From Eledone cirrhosa (Eukaryota), in the NCBI GenBank assembly GCA_964016885.1, contig OZ024750.1, positions 744,001 to 808,000 of the forward strand: a DNA stretch of 64,000 nt, written 5' to 3'. Positions 1 through 22,184 of this stretch are shown here, piece after piece. The notes under the pieces are model-generated. The model did no database searches. It was not told the origin of the DNA and worked only from the letters and a program-made list of their open reading frames with translations. How positions within the stretch are numbered: position 1 is the stretch's first letter; each line of letters opens with the position of its first letter. A program made the position numbers and the translations under genes.

Positions 1-44
1 TCATTAGACTTGTCTCAATGGAAATATTGTTTCTTTTGTTTCAG

Positions 45-11053
<11,009 letters not shown>

Positions 11054-11699
11054 TAAAATGTTAAACTGTTAGAGGTTTAACATTCTTCTTAGTTGTCTCA
11101 GTTTCATTAACACTATAACTATCACCAGCTCCAACACCACCACCACACCCCTACCACCAACACCACCACCACCACCACCTCTTCCTCCTCCTCTTCCTGT
11201 GTCTAAAAACTGATTACTTGAGTGTGTGTGTGTATGTGTATGGTAGTGTTTATGTTTGTGTGTATAAGATGTTCAACATTTCCTTAAGGAAATAATATGC
11301 CAACAAAGTTGGATATTCTGCAGACAACAAAACAGTCTTTAAAGTGGATTTTAATTTAATTTCCCAATAATTATAATTTTAAAAAAAAAGTTTTAAAAAT
11401 TGTATTTAAAGATTATTTTCCAAATAAAGTGAAAAATATTTTAAAAAAAAATAAAATAAAAACAATATAAAAATGTTTCTATTTTTTAATCTGTTTTTCA
11501 TTTTTGTTTTGCTTTTGGTTTGTTTCTGTAATATAATAGATAGCACTTGATTACACCCCCCCCCCCTTTCACCAATACCCTATCTTAGCCCCTACACACA
11601 CCAGCCTCTCTCCACCTTCCACATTTTATACATCTCTCTTGTCCAGCCCATGCTTACAAGCATGGAAATCTGGACATGCACCTCCCACAATACTGCTGA

Positions 11700-11962
11700 A
11701 ATGGCTAACCCCCCCCCCCCCCGTCCACCCTGTAAGGTGGCCATGCTGGTGATAGAACAAAAACCCCTAGTCCACCATGTAAGGTGCTCATGCTGGTGAC
11801 ATGACGTGTTTGGCATTAGGAAGGGCATCCAGCTGCAGGAACCAAAGCCAGAAACAGTTCTGTATGAGCAAGACATGGTCACCTCATCTGACTTCTCTCA
11901 CAATAGGACAACTCATCTAACTCATGCTAGCGTGGAAAACATGCTAAATTGTGATGATGAGG
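11700..11962 (+). mobile_element. Degenerate RTE 3' UTR / tail
   Basis: Poly-C, ttggcattaggaagggcatccagctg, catgctagcgtggaaaac...gatgatga. Confidence 0.75.
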
Positions 11963-11993
11963 ATGTTTTTATATATATATTTAATTAATTAGA

Positions 11994-12139
11994 AACACAA
12001 AATATAACTACTCCATTACCAAAGGTTTCTGGATCACAGACAATAATAATATATGTCTGTCTGATGACCGATCCAGACATATATAAATATTGTCTGGGAT
12101 CCAGAAACCTTTGGTAATGGAGTAGTTATATTTTATGTT
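11994..12139. repeat. Foldback (hairpin) element, ~60-bp arms
   Basis: aaaatataactactccattaccaaaggtttctggatc pairs with gatccagaaacctttggtaatggagtagttatatttt. Confidence 0.85.
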
Positions 12140-12480
12140 CATCATCATCATCTTTGTTTAACGTCTATCTTCCACGCTAGCATGGGTTAGACGGGAGTTG
12201 TCCCACTTGAGGCAAAGTTGGTCGGGTGACCATGTCTCGCTCGCATAGGACTATCTGGCAGGTTTTCTACGGCTGGATGCCCTTCCTAACACCAACCACA
12301 TTTACAGTGTGGAACTGGGAACTTTTTACCGTGTTACCTACACGGCCACATTACAGCGTGGATTGTGTGTTTTTTTGTAGTGACACCTACACGATCTCGA
12401 TCTCATTATCTCCTTTATTTGGACTGGATGTTGTGGTAGCAACTTTACAGAGAGGTTGGTGGGAGTGGGAGGATAGGCTA
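12140..12480 (-). mobile_element. RTE family B-like 3' UTR fragment
   Basis: Reverse complement resembles 15230-15635. Confidence 0.8.
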
Positions 12481-12503
12481 GGGGTAGTGGCATATATATA
12501 TAT

Positions 12504-12868
12504 ATCATCATTTTACGTCCACCTTTCCCTGCTTGCAAGGGTTGGACGGGAACTGATTCTGGCTTGATTTCTACAGCTGGATGCCTTTCCTAACACCAAC
12601 CTCATTTACAGTGAGTGATGGGTGCTTTTTTCCGTGGCGCCTACACGTCCACTTTACAGTGAGTGATGGGTGATTTTTTTGCCGTGGCACCTCCACGACC
12701 ACTTTGCAGTGGAATGATAGGGACTCATTTCTACAGCTGAGTAAACTGAAGCAATGCGAAATAAAGTGCCTTGCTCAAGGAAACAAACAGGACATCACCC
12801 AGTCTGAGAATTGAACTCACAACCTTTTGATTGCAAGGCCAATGCTCTAACCACTAAGCCATGTGCCT
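12504..12868 (-). mobile_element. Full-length tRNA-derived CORE-like SINE with RTE family A-type tail
   Basis: On the minus strand: A box TGGCTTAGTGG, B box GAGTTCAATTC, CORE-like ccttgagcaaggcacttta...cagtttactcagctgtagaaatgag, then sequence matching the LINE 3' UTR at 5091-5356. Confidence 0.88.
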
Positions 12869-12883
12869 ATATCTATCTATCTA

Positions 12884-12917
<34 letters not shown>

Positions 12918-12918
<1 letters not shown>

Positions 12919-13232
12919 CCCCTTAGCCTTTGTCAAGGCAGAATTCTAGGAGAAGGAAAACTCTGATATAACACCTGCAACCCTGATGGTATCCAATGAT
13001 GTTGACTTGTTCTTCTTTTTGGTAAATATCATCTTGGTTAAGAGAGTGGGACTGGCTTTGTGCAGTGCCTTTGCTCACTATAAAAGCTTCACGGCACAGG
13101 CATTGCTTTATATCTGAAGATCTCTCTGCCCTTGTCGTCACATGGTACCATGGGCCCAGCACTATGTGTCAATAATTGTCACAAGTGTAGTGTTTGTACC
13201 AGAGTTTTCATGTCGCAGGCTGGACTAAAAAG
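12918..13232 (+). mobile_element. Probable bipartite non-autonomous RTE (5'-UTR-like piece plus partial C2H2 zinc-finger 3' piece)
   Basis: ctaggagaaggaaaactctgat resembles RTE/BovB 5' UTRs as remembered; CSVCTRVFMSQAGLK is a truncated C2H2 finger. Confidence 0.5.
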
Positions 13233-15638
13233 GGAAGCAGAGGAAAGAAAGTTCAAGCATGTTCTACAACATGAGGACCAAAAACGTGAGGTGTTCAGGA
13301 TTGCTAGGCAATGTGTCAAGGAAAACCGTGATATTGTCGGGGAGAAGTGTGTACTTAATGATGATAGCATACTTGCCATCACTGACGCTCATAAGAAGGT
13401 AGCTTGGAAGTGTCACTACGAAAGGCTTCTAAATGAGGAGAACAAATGGGAGAAAGACAGTCTCCTCCACATCGACCCAATAGAGGGACCAGCAGTGTTA
13501 GTCGAAGGTAGTATAATAAGTAAGGCAATCAAAGATATGAAGACGGGTAAGGCGGCTGGGCCTTCGGAAATAGTTGCTGAGATGCTGAAAGCCTCTGGAA
13601 CGGTGGGACACACCATGGTCACCCGGATAGTAAACCAAGTCATACAGAATGGGGTTGTTCCGAAGGACTGGCATAGCATCATCATCATTAACTGTTACAA
13701 GGGTAAAGGAGATGCCCTAGATAGGTGTAACTATAGAGGCATTAAATTAATCGACCAGGTCATGAAGGTCACAGAAAAAGTAATAGCGCAACTAATCAGA
13801 GAGAGAATTGATCTAGATGAAATGCAGTTCGGGTTTGTGTCAGGCAAAAGTACCACAGACGCTCTTTTCATTGTACGACAACTACAGGAGAAGTACCTAG
13901 CTAAAAGTAAACCCCTATACTTAGCTTTTGTTGACTTGGAGAAAGCCTTCGACAGAGTCCCCCGTTCCATTATCTGGTGGGCTCTTAGAAAACTAGGTGT
14001 TGACGAATGGCTTATGAGAGCTATACAAGCCATGTATAAAGAAACAGTCAGCAAGGTTAGAATTAACAACGAATATAGTGAAAAGTTTAGCGTAAAAGTT
14101 GGTGTCCATCAGGGCTCTGTTCTTAGCACCCTACTATTTATTATTGCCCTTCAGGCTATAACAGAGGAGTTCAAAACCGGCTGCCCATGGGAACTCCTAT
14201 ACGCAGATGATCTAACGCTCATAGCTGAATCAATGACCGAACTAGAGAAGAAATTCTAAACATGGAAGCACGGCCTAGAATCAAAAGGCCTTAAAATTAA
14301 CCTGGCTAAGACTAAAGTTCTAGTTTGTAGGAAAGAAAATAAGGCGGCGGTCCCTTCCGGGAAATGGCCATGCTCAGTGTGTAGGAAAGGCGTAGGTAGA
14401 AACTCCATTTTATGTCCCAAATGCACCCGCATAAAAGATGTAGTGGGATCACAGGTAAGCTAACTAAGAACATAGATTTTACATGTGGCCGGTGCTCTGG
14501 TGCAATAAGTAGCAGCAAGTGCCCACAAAATACTAGCTCTTTCAATTGCGCAGAGGGTTCTATAGAAATAGTGGACAGCTTCCGTTACCTGGGGGAGGGT
14601 GCTATGAAAGTACAGTAGCTAGAGTCAGAACTGGATGGAAAAAGTTCAGAGAGCTTATACCACTATTAGCCGCTAAAGGGTTCTCCCTAAAAATGAAAGG
14701 CAGGTTGTATGATGCCTGCATACGAACAGCAATGCTGCATAGCAGTGAGACCTGGGCATTGCGTACAGAGGATATACGTAGACTAGAGAGGAACGAAGCT
14801 TGCATGCTCCGCTGGATGTGCAATAGTAATATACGTGAACGGCTAAGCATAAACGAACTAAGGAAAAAATTAGAAATAAGAGGGATCAGATGTTGTTTAC
14901 TCGAGAGAAGGCTACGTTGGTACGGTCACGTGATGCGCATGAAAGATGACAGCTGTATAACAAAGTGCAGGGCAATAAAGATAGACGGTAGCCACGGAGT
15001 AGGCAGACCCAGAAAAACCTGGGACGACATGATAAATTCCGACCTCACACGCTTACACCTCTCCAAGACAATGTCAGTGGACCGAGACCTTTGGCGGTAC
15101 TCAGTAATATAGAAGACCCACCTTACCTAAATACAAAGTAAAACCTACTACAGTCAGTAGGTATCTCTATCAAAACACACCCCCGTTCCACCACCCCCAC
15201 CCCATCCACACCGCCCCTTTCAATGTAAAGTTATGTTGGTGCCACAACATCCAGGTCGAAACAAATGAGATCGTGTAGGTGTCACGACAAAAAAAACACA
15301 CAGTCCACGCTGTAAATGTGGCCGTGTAGGCAACACTGTAAAAACCTCTCAGCCCCACACTGTAAATGTGGTTGGTGTTAGGAAGGGCATCCAGCTGTAG
15401 AAAACCCGTCAGACAGTCCACGCTGTAATGTGGCCGTGTAGGCAACACGGTAAAAACCTCCCAGCCCCACACTGTAAATGTGGTTGGTGTTAGGAAGGGC
15501 ATCCAGCTGTAGAAAACCCGCCAGACAGTCCTATGCGAGCAAGACAACCACTCTTGCCTCAAGTGGGAAAACCCCCGTCCAAACCCATGCAAGCGTGGAA
15601 CACGGACGCTAAACCTTGATGATGATGATGATGATGAT
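13230..15638 (+). mobile_element. RTE LINE family B, 5'-truncated and pseudogenised (stop at 14257-14259, frameshifting deletions at ~14425 and ~14592)
   Basis: RT motifs colinear with family A; PHD remnant WPCSVCRKGVGRNSILCPKC..HKRC..FTCGRC; 3' UTR with internal duplication; (gat)n tail. Confidence 0.94.
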
Positions 15639-15818
15639 ATACACACACCATATCTTTCATTCCTTATACATAGCATGCAGCTATCTGTACTCTCCAGATG
15701 CTAAACTCCACCAGTTGCAGACTGCGCATCAACATGAGATATTTTTCTCTTTAAAGTTTGATCACCAACAGCAGAGTTTAAAGAGTAAAGATCAAGTCCA
15801 GTACATAAGTTGACATTA

Positions 15819-16195
15819 TCATTTTGGCTGCCAGCCTCTGCTTCTCTTACCAGCCAACCTTCCTTCCAGGCATAACCTACTCACACTAGGAGTTGATCTT
15901 TTGATATGACCGTACAGTTTAAGTACTCCTGACTTGACAGATGTAATTTGTCTAAGTCTGGTAATGTTGAGCAGCTCACTGATACAGATACGGTCGCTGA
16001 GCCGCTTGCCAGTCATAAGTCTCATGATGTGGTTCTGGAATGTAGTGAACTTCTGAAGTGACCTTGTCATTCAATTAGCACAGTAAAGACCAGCTCACTG
16101 ATACAGATACGGTCGCTGAGCCACTAGTCAATCATAAGTCTCATGATGTGGTTCTGGAATGTAGAGGACTTCTGAAGTGACCTTGTCATCCAATT
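15819..16195 (-). mobile_element. Decayed LINE C-terminal fragment with a ~100-bp internal duplication
   Basis: LKLYGHIKR...CLEGRLAGKRSRG; 15972-16075 is repeated at 16091-16195. Confidence 0.75.
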
Positions 16196-16382
16196 AACAT
16201 TATCTAATATATATCCTGGACTGTAACTTAGTTCATATATTGTCATAGAATCTAAAACTGTGTCAACTACAATTTGAAAGATGTTTGTCAGAAACTTCCT
16301 TGATCAACATATTTCTAAATATATTTTATCAATTACTCATTTGTAATTCATAAAAGTCTCATCATTAGCCCTATAATAATAA

Positions 16383-16546
16383 TTGTTTCTACTTTAGGCA
16401 CAAGGCCAGCAATTACCCAGTGCATTACTGGTACTTTATTTTATCAAAGTCAACCTCGGCGGGATTTGAACCCAGACCGTAAAGGGCCATAACTCTGTTA
16501 CAAAGTATGGTGTCTGACGCTCTACCGATTTTGCTAATCCACTGCA
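16383..16546 (-). mobile_element. tRNA-derived SINE, second family (Nin/Deu-like core)
   Basis: actggtactttattttatc...aaagtcaacctcggcgggatttgaacccaga. Related copies near 1850, 23250, 33050, 34975, 35125, 54850, 56615, 60005, 63430. Confidence 0.7.
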
Positions 16547-17462
16547 CTAAAGTTGAGTGGAAGTATAAGGTTTGAAAGCAATCTAGATATCCTACATAAT
16601 CTGTTATTTAGAATGATTCCAATTGTTAGTTGATGTTTGAAGCTTTCAACCCAACAGATGCCGTAAGTTTTAACACAAGCCGTGTTGATCCAGGTCAGCT
16701 TTAACCAAGCAGAACTATGATCAAAAGTGTTGCAGTTGTGGCCATTTAATTTTCAAATACTATTTATTTAGAACTACAGTAGCTAATGTATTCTTTTTAG
16801 GACTGTAGAGTAAGATTGGAAGGTTGTTATTTCTAGTAGGTCTGTTAACCACATAGAGGCTCTCTCGTTGGCTCGTTGTTTAGCAACAGGTCGGCCTTAA
16901 TCGGGAAAACCTGTGATCAAAGGCATTCCAACCGTGACCACCGTCTACATTATTCAATATATTAATTCCTTATTTACGATAATAGGGTGTATTTTGAAGG
17001 AGATTTGACTGCTATTTGGCAGGTTGAGTGACCCTGTTAAAGACTCCTATGTGGATTCGAGATGTATATGCTAGAGGTGGACAAAAAAAAAACTAACAAA
17101 ATTAACTTGGGAATCAGACCTGCCACCTAACATGAGATAATCTCATACCCCAACACACGGAAATATTGTACAGTGAGATTATACATCCAGTCAAAACATT
17201 AACTGAACTTTACGGTTGCAGTATAAGTTAACAGTTTGAATTTAGCCATTATGAGATAATATTTATTCGGTGAGTTAATTCAGTTTGTGTGTCACTAAAT
17301 ATTCCATATGCTAAAAAAAAAAAAAAATCAACGTATCAATTAAAGCAATGATTCCTGCCTCTCTCCATGACGATGAACTAAATATTTTAACCATGCCGGT
17401 CTCTTTTACATAACAGCACAGTAATATCATGATGGTTGCTCTATCAGTTGTGCAGTTCCCTC

Positions 17463-17527
17463 CACGTGACGTCACAAGGTGAAGGAGAGGGAGGAGGAGC
17501 ATCACGTCAGGGAGAGAAACAACCAAT
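17463..17527 (+). promoter_or_regulatory. Putative PGC-1 promoter: overlapping E-box and full CRE, a second CRE-like site and a CCAAT box
   Basis: CACGTG 17463-17468, TGACGTCA 17467-17474, TCACGTCA ~17502-17509, CCAAT 17523-17527. CpG-richer region ~450 bp upstream of the candidate first coding exon. Confidence 0.6.
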
Positions 17528-17912
17528 TAGGACGGAGTGAGGCAACATGAGAAAGAGAGAGAAGTACTGGAAGGAAGGGAGGGTATAACGACAATGGATG
17601 AGAAGAGGAGAGAGAAGAAATGAATAGGAAGGAGTGGTCGAGGCTGTGTAAGAGCGGGAAGACCATGTAAAATATATGCGATTTTTTTTGTTACTATAGG
17701 TATTTGCAATATGCTTAGTCGGTGCGTTCGCGTATTTATATTGCTATTAATATTTTAGTGGAAACACTCTTTGGCAGGTTTTTGTTTTTCCTCTATTTTG
17801 AAGCCACCACTTGGATATTTCAATTTTATTACAATCGACGATTTAATATTTAAAGTTAGCCTGACATGTTCTGTAGTTGGATATACCACATATGTAACCA
17901 ATATTGTCCAAT

Positions 17913-17917
17913 ATGAA
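17913..17917 (+). CDS. PPRC1: PGC-1-like candidate first coding exon end (ATG AA)
   Basis: ATGAA|gtaagt with an in-frame stop just upstream; phase fits the next exon. Confidence 0.4.
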
Positions 17918-20900
17918 GTAAGTTTTCATTAATTTATCATTAATATTATTATTACTATGATTTATTCTACAGTTTTGAAGTGTATATTTAAAATTTATAG
18001 CATATAAAGATCATCCTTCATTTTATTGAGAAACATTTTATATAACGTGAAAGGCCTGGTTCGGTTAGCCACGTGTTAACTACAGCTAAAATGCAGTTTA
18101 TTCTGATTATTTAAAAAATACAAAATATAGAAATACAAAATCATATTTTCAATATTTTAGCTAATATATTGATTTTAGATAGATGTCTTCAATAGATTTA
18201 TAGATTTTCTTTCCCACATGCACACGTGTGTAGTTTATCTACGTCGATGCGCACATGTATGCTGTGGTCATAAAGTGGAGGATCTGTTTTCATTTCGTAA
18301 ACTATTGAATTTCGATCCCCCTTTTTATGACTTATTTAAATCCTTCTCCATTTTTATTTAAGACTAAATTATAAATATTTTAATGCCCTGTATTTATTTG
18401 TTTGATTTGCGACACTATTAGTTTATTTATTGTATTCAGTCTGCCACAATAACTAGTTAAAACAAAGTCCTGTGTAACTTGAAAAGTGTTTTTCAACGTC
18501 ACAATAGAAGGGAGGAGGGCTGCAATTTTAATATCGACATCGTATTTCGATTTAACGATTTCTTCTAATTAAGTTTCTGTGATTTTATATTTTCATTAAA
18601 TTTCTAAAGTTCTCAAATGCAGTTAAATTATGGTTGGTAAAATATGTAAAAATTTACAATTATAAATATTTTATGACACGTGTTATGAGAGTTTCAGTCG
18701 TTATTTGAAGTGATCCCGTCATTTCTTGACTTGGCTTTTTAAATAAAGTATTTTAAAGAAATATTTTCAATTAAGTTGTACCTTACGATCTAGTTTGCAA
18801 TTAAAATTTATAAAAAAAAAATATAGCCATTTGAAATCGTCCCATTTAACGTGGTTGACTTTTAGTCGTAATTCACGTGGGTCTATCGCCGTCTTCAATT
18901 AAATTACCAAACATGGTATCTCTTAGATCTATTATGGCTCTTGGAAATAAATGAACTGAAACATTTGGTTCTTAATAAATATTTGAAAGACTCTGCTATA
19001 TTTTTTCGACACACATGCTCAAATCTTTAATATAGTAATGTTTTTCTTTTTTCCTTCTTTTCGGCAACCGTTTCTCTCAGATCCTACCGGCAACACATCA
19101 AGCCCCAGCTATATCAAATTTCTTCCGTGTTTGCAGTCCTTAAAAAGATAGTCAAGCATTTTCTAACATTTACAAGTCTCAACTTCCCTACCCCGTTGAA
19201 ATGTTTTCGTAATTAAATATATTTTCATCTGTCCTCAACACTGCTCTGATCACATCTCACCAACTTGCAGTCCTAAATATATAATTGCGAAGTAGAATTT
19301 ATATTAAACATCAGATTTTTTTTTTTTTACACATAAATATTTACATCAATAAATTGAAGACTCGATAAAAAATTGTTTTTCTGAACTTTCCCATATGTAC
19401 CTTAATCTTTTGAATTAAACAATGTTTTAAAACAATTGAACTTTCATCGTTAAGACGATAAAATAGTTAAACTATTCTCAATGGTAGAGATTACAACTCC
19501 AACCTTTCAGTTGATGGCTAGTGAAGATATATATAGGTCTTAATTGAAATAATCTCAGTATAACAAAATATTCTGTTGCTTTTTTACGGCAGTCCCCTCC
19601 CGGCTACATTAATAAACAAATGTTTGATGGATTTTATTAATGGATCAATTTTATTTATGGTTCAATCACAAATTTCTAATTATTTTGGAGATGCTTTCAT
19701 CTTCCAAATTTTAGCAGTTAATTCACCAGAATGTATTAATGGCCATTTGAAACGATAGTTTGTAGTGTGGAGTTATATCAAATGATGTGATAAACTCCCG
19801 TCATAATTGCACATTAAGCAGGAATTTCATGCAATTTTTCACATAATTCCTGACTTAGCAACACTTTAAATTTATTAATGTTTATCATTGATAGCTTTTC
19901 GTATATATATTTTACTTTTTGTAAACGATGTCTAATTTTGTTTCTTTTTCTTTCAGAAATAACGGCAGTAATCTTCATGACAGTAAGTATAGTGTTAGTC
20001 ATAATATCTTCAGCAACCTGTCGCCCAGTCTGTTATCGTTGATAGGTCATTCAACTGGACAGTGGACATGTTCTTCCTTTTCCTTATAGCACCCCACCGT
20101 AAATTTTATTTTTAGCACTGTCGCGTTATCAAGGACTAAATCTTTGATTTGTACCGCATTAGTAGCAAACAAAACTGTTAATTTCAGTCTCGTCGAGTAA
20201 AAAGAAATTTCTTCTCGAATATGAAGTCATTCACTACTAGCTTTTTGACTAAACGTTTTCTCTGCTAATGATTTATATAGCTTAGAAATAAAACCAGTTT
20301 GTTTTCAATCCTCTCTTGTATTTCATTGTGCATCTTATATGGCTCTGGGAACATTAATAGGTGAATTGTACTTTTCCTTCTAACTCCTTACCTAGATCGG
20401 GCTACACTGAAGTAAACCACAGTAATTGGTGTTAGAGGTAAAGTCGCCTTGACGGAAATTAGTAACTAGCTTTCAATAGCAACTGCTGTAGTATTGTGGG
20501 AAGATGGCTACTGACTAGTATGAGGGATTGTTGTGACCCCACTCTAGTCACTCGCACTTGCAGGCATTCAAACTTGTGCTAGCTAGAGATGGTTTAGCGT
20601 TACCGGTTAATTTATTCAAATGTAAAATATATCATTGTCGGTCATGATCTCTATGGAGGAGAAATTGCAAGCATTTCCCGAACGAATCAGTTGTATAAAA
20701 TAAAATAAAAAATTTATATGCACAGTAAAATATGAAACCTTATAAGTAATGTGATTTTATAAATAAATCCATTAGCTTGTGCGTATACATACACATCGTT
20801 ATTATTTTAGAGACTTTCATACTAAAAATTGAACATTAGTAGGAAATAATTAAAATTATTTTTATTTATAAAGTGTTTAGTTTATTATTAATAGATTATA

Positions 20901-22149
20901 TATAGATTTTTTTTTTCACTAGTGACTGGTTTTAAAACCGTTAGCCATTCACCAGTTTGAAAAAGAGACTAACACGATGAAATTGCCAAAGTAAGGAATG
21001 TGGCATCAACATATGTCTACAGTGATACCGGCTTTCATTAGAGACACACGTGCGCTTGCTAACAATGTCACGCTCGTTAGATTTATTTTTATTTTCTATG
21101 TAACCCTTTTGTTCTGAAATTATAAATTGGGACGGTATTATATTTTTCACATTGTTTTGTCTTTAGTCAGCTGATCATCAATTATTTTGTTTTCTTCCCT
21201 TTTGTGCTGCAAATGGAAAGGAGGGCGACATAAGACTAGTTTTCATTGTATATTTGAGTAGAAACTTATCGGAAAAGCAAATTTAATAAATCGTTTTAAA
21301 ATTTTGCAGATTTGTTTGTCACCGTTTTTACTTTAGGGCAATATAGGTCGTACACGTGGCATTTAATATGGTAGACAGATGTTTTAAATTAAGTAGATAT
21401 GGTTTAATAGACATTGATTGCTTCGTTAAATAATCTGATCGATTATACACTGCATTGTGTAACAGATTTGCTTGTTTCATGGATATATTAGTTCTTGTCT
21501 CATGGTATGACAAAAACCCCTTTTTAATATTTTATCTTTATTTAGTTTAAAAACGGAGTCCCATCACAGAAACTTACTACCGGGAATCTAAACGTCTCTA
21601 GTGTTTAGTCTACTCAGACGTGTCTTATGTGTGAACATGTTTAGATATGATGAAACATCATTTTAAAGTCTGTTTTCCCCTACAGACATATTGATGAAAT
21701 AATTCGCTTGAGCGCGCGTAAAAGTGCGTGATTTTTATTATTAATATTCTTGTCCCTTGCAAATTGCTTTACAAACCTCTCTATTTAAGGAGTGTCCTCA
21801 GTTTTAAGTTATTTTTCTCTTTAGCTCTGCATTCTTTATATGGAGTGATGAACCATTTCCCAGACAAGTGATTCTCTGTGTAGAACTTATCTTCCCCACA
21901 TAATGTCATCATCATCATTTTACGTCCGCTTTTCCCTGCTTGCAAGGGTGGGACGGGTCTTATTCAGCACAGGATCTCTCCACTTGTCCTTCGTAATCTC
22001 CTCCGTGAACTTCAGCCATCTGAGGTCTGTTCTCTTCCCCCTCCATGGTTGTTTTAGATGAAGTTTACAAATATATTCTAGAGTAACGGATGTTTTTTTT
22101 TTAGTTCAAATGAAGTTTATTATTAGATCAGTTGTGATAAAGACATATA

Positions 22150-22184
<35 letters not shown>

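Noticed and set aside
12790-12868. tRNA gene
   Set aside because: The A/B boxes belong to a SINE head that continues into CORE and LINE-tail sequence; no full cloverleaf.
21686-21717. Possible alternative PGC-1 exon 2 (HIDEIIRLSA)
   Set aside because: Phase-compatible, but the donor GCGC|gtaaaa is weak; 19957-19982 has much better splice sites.
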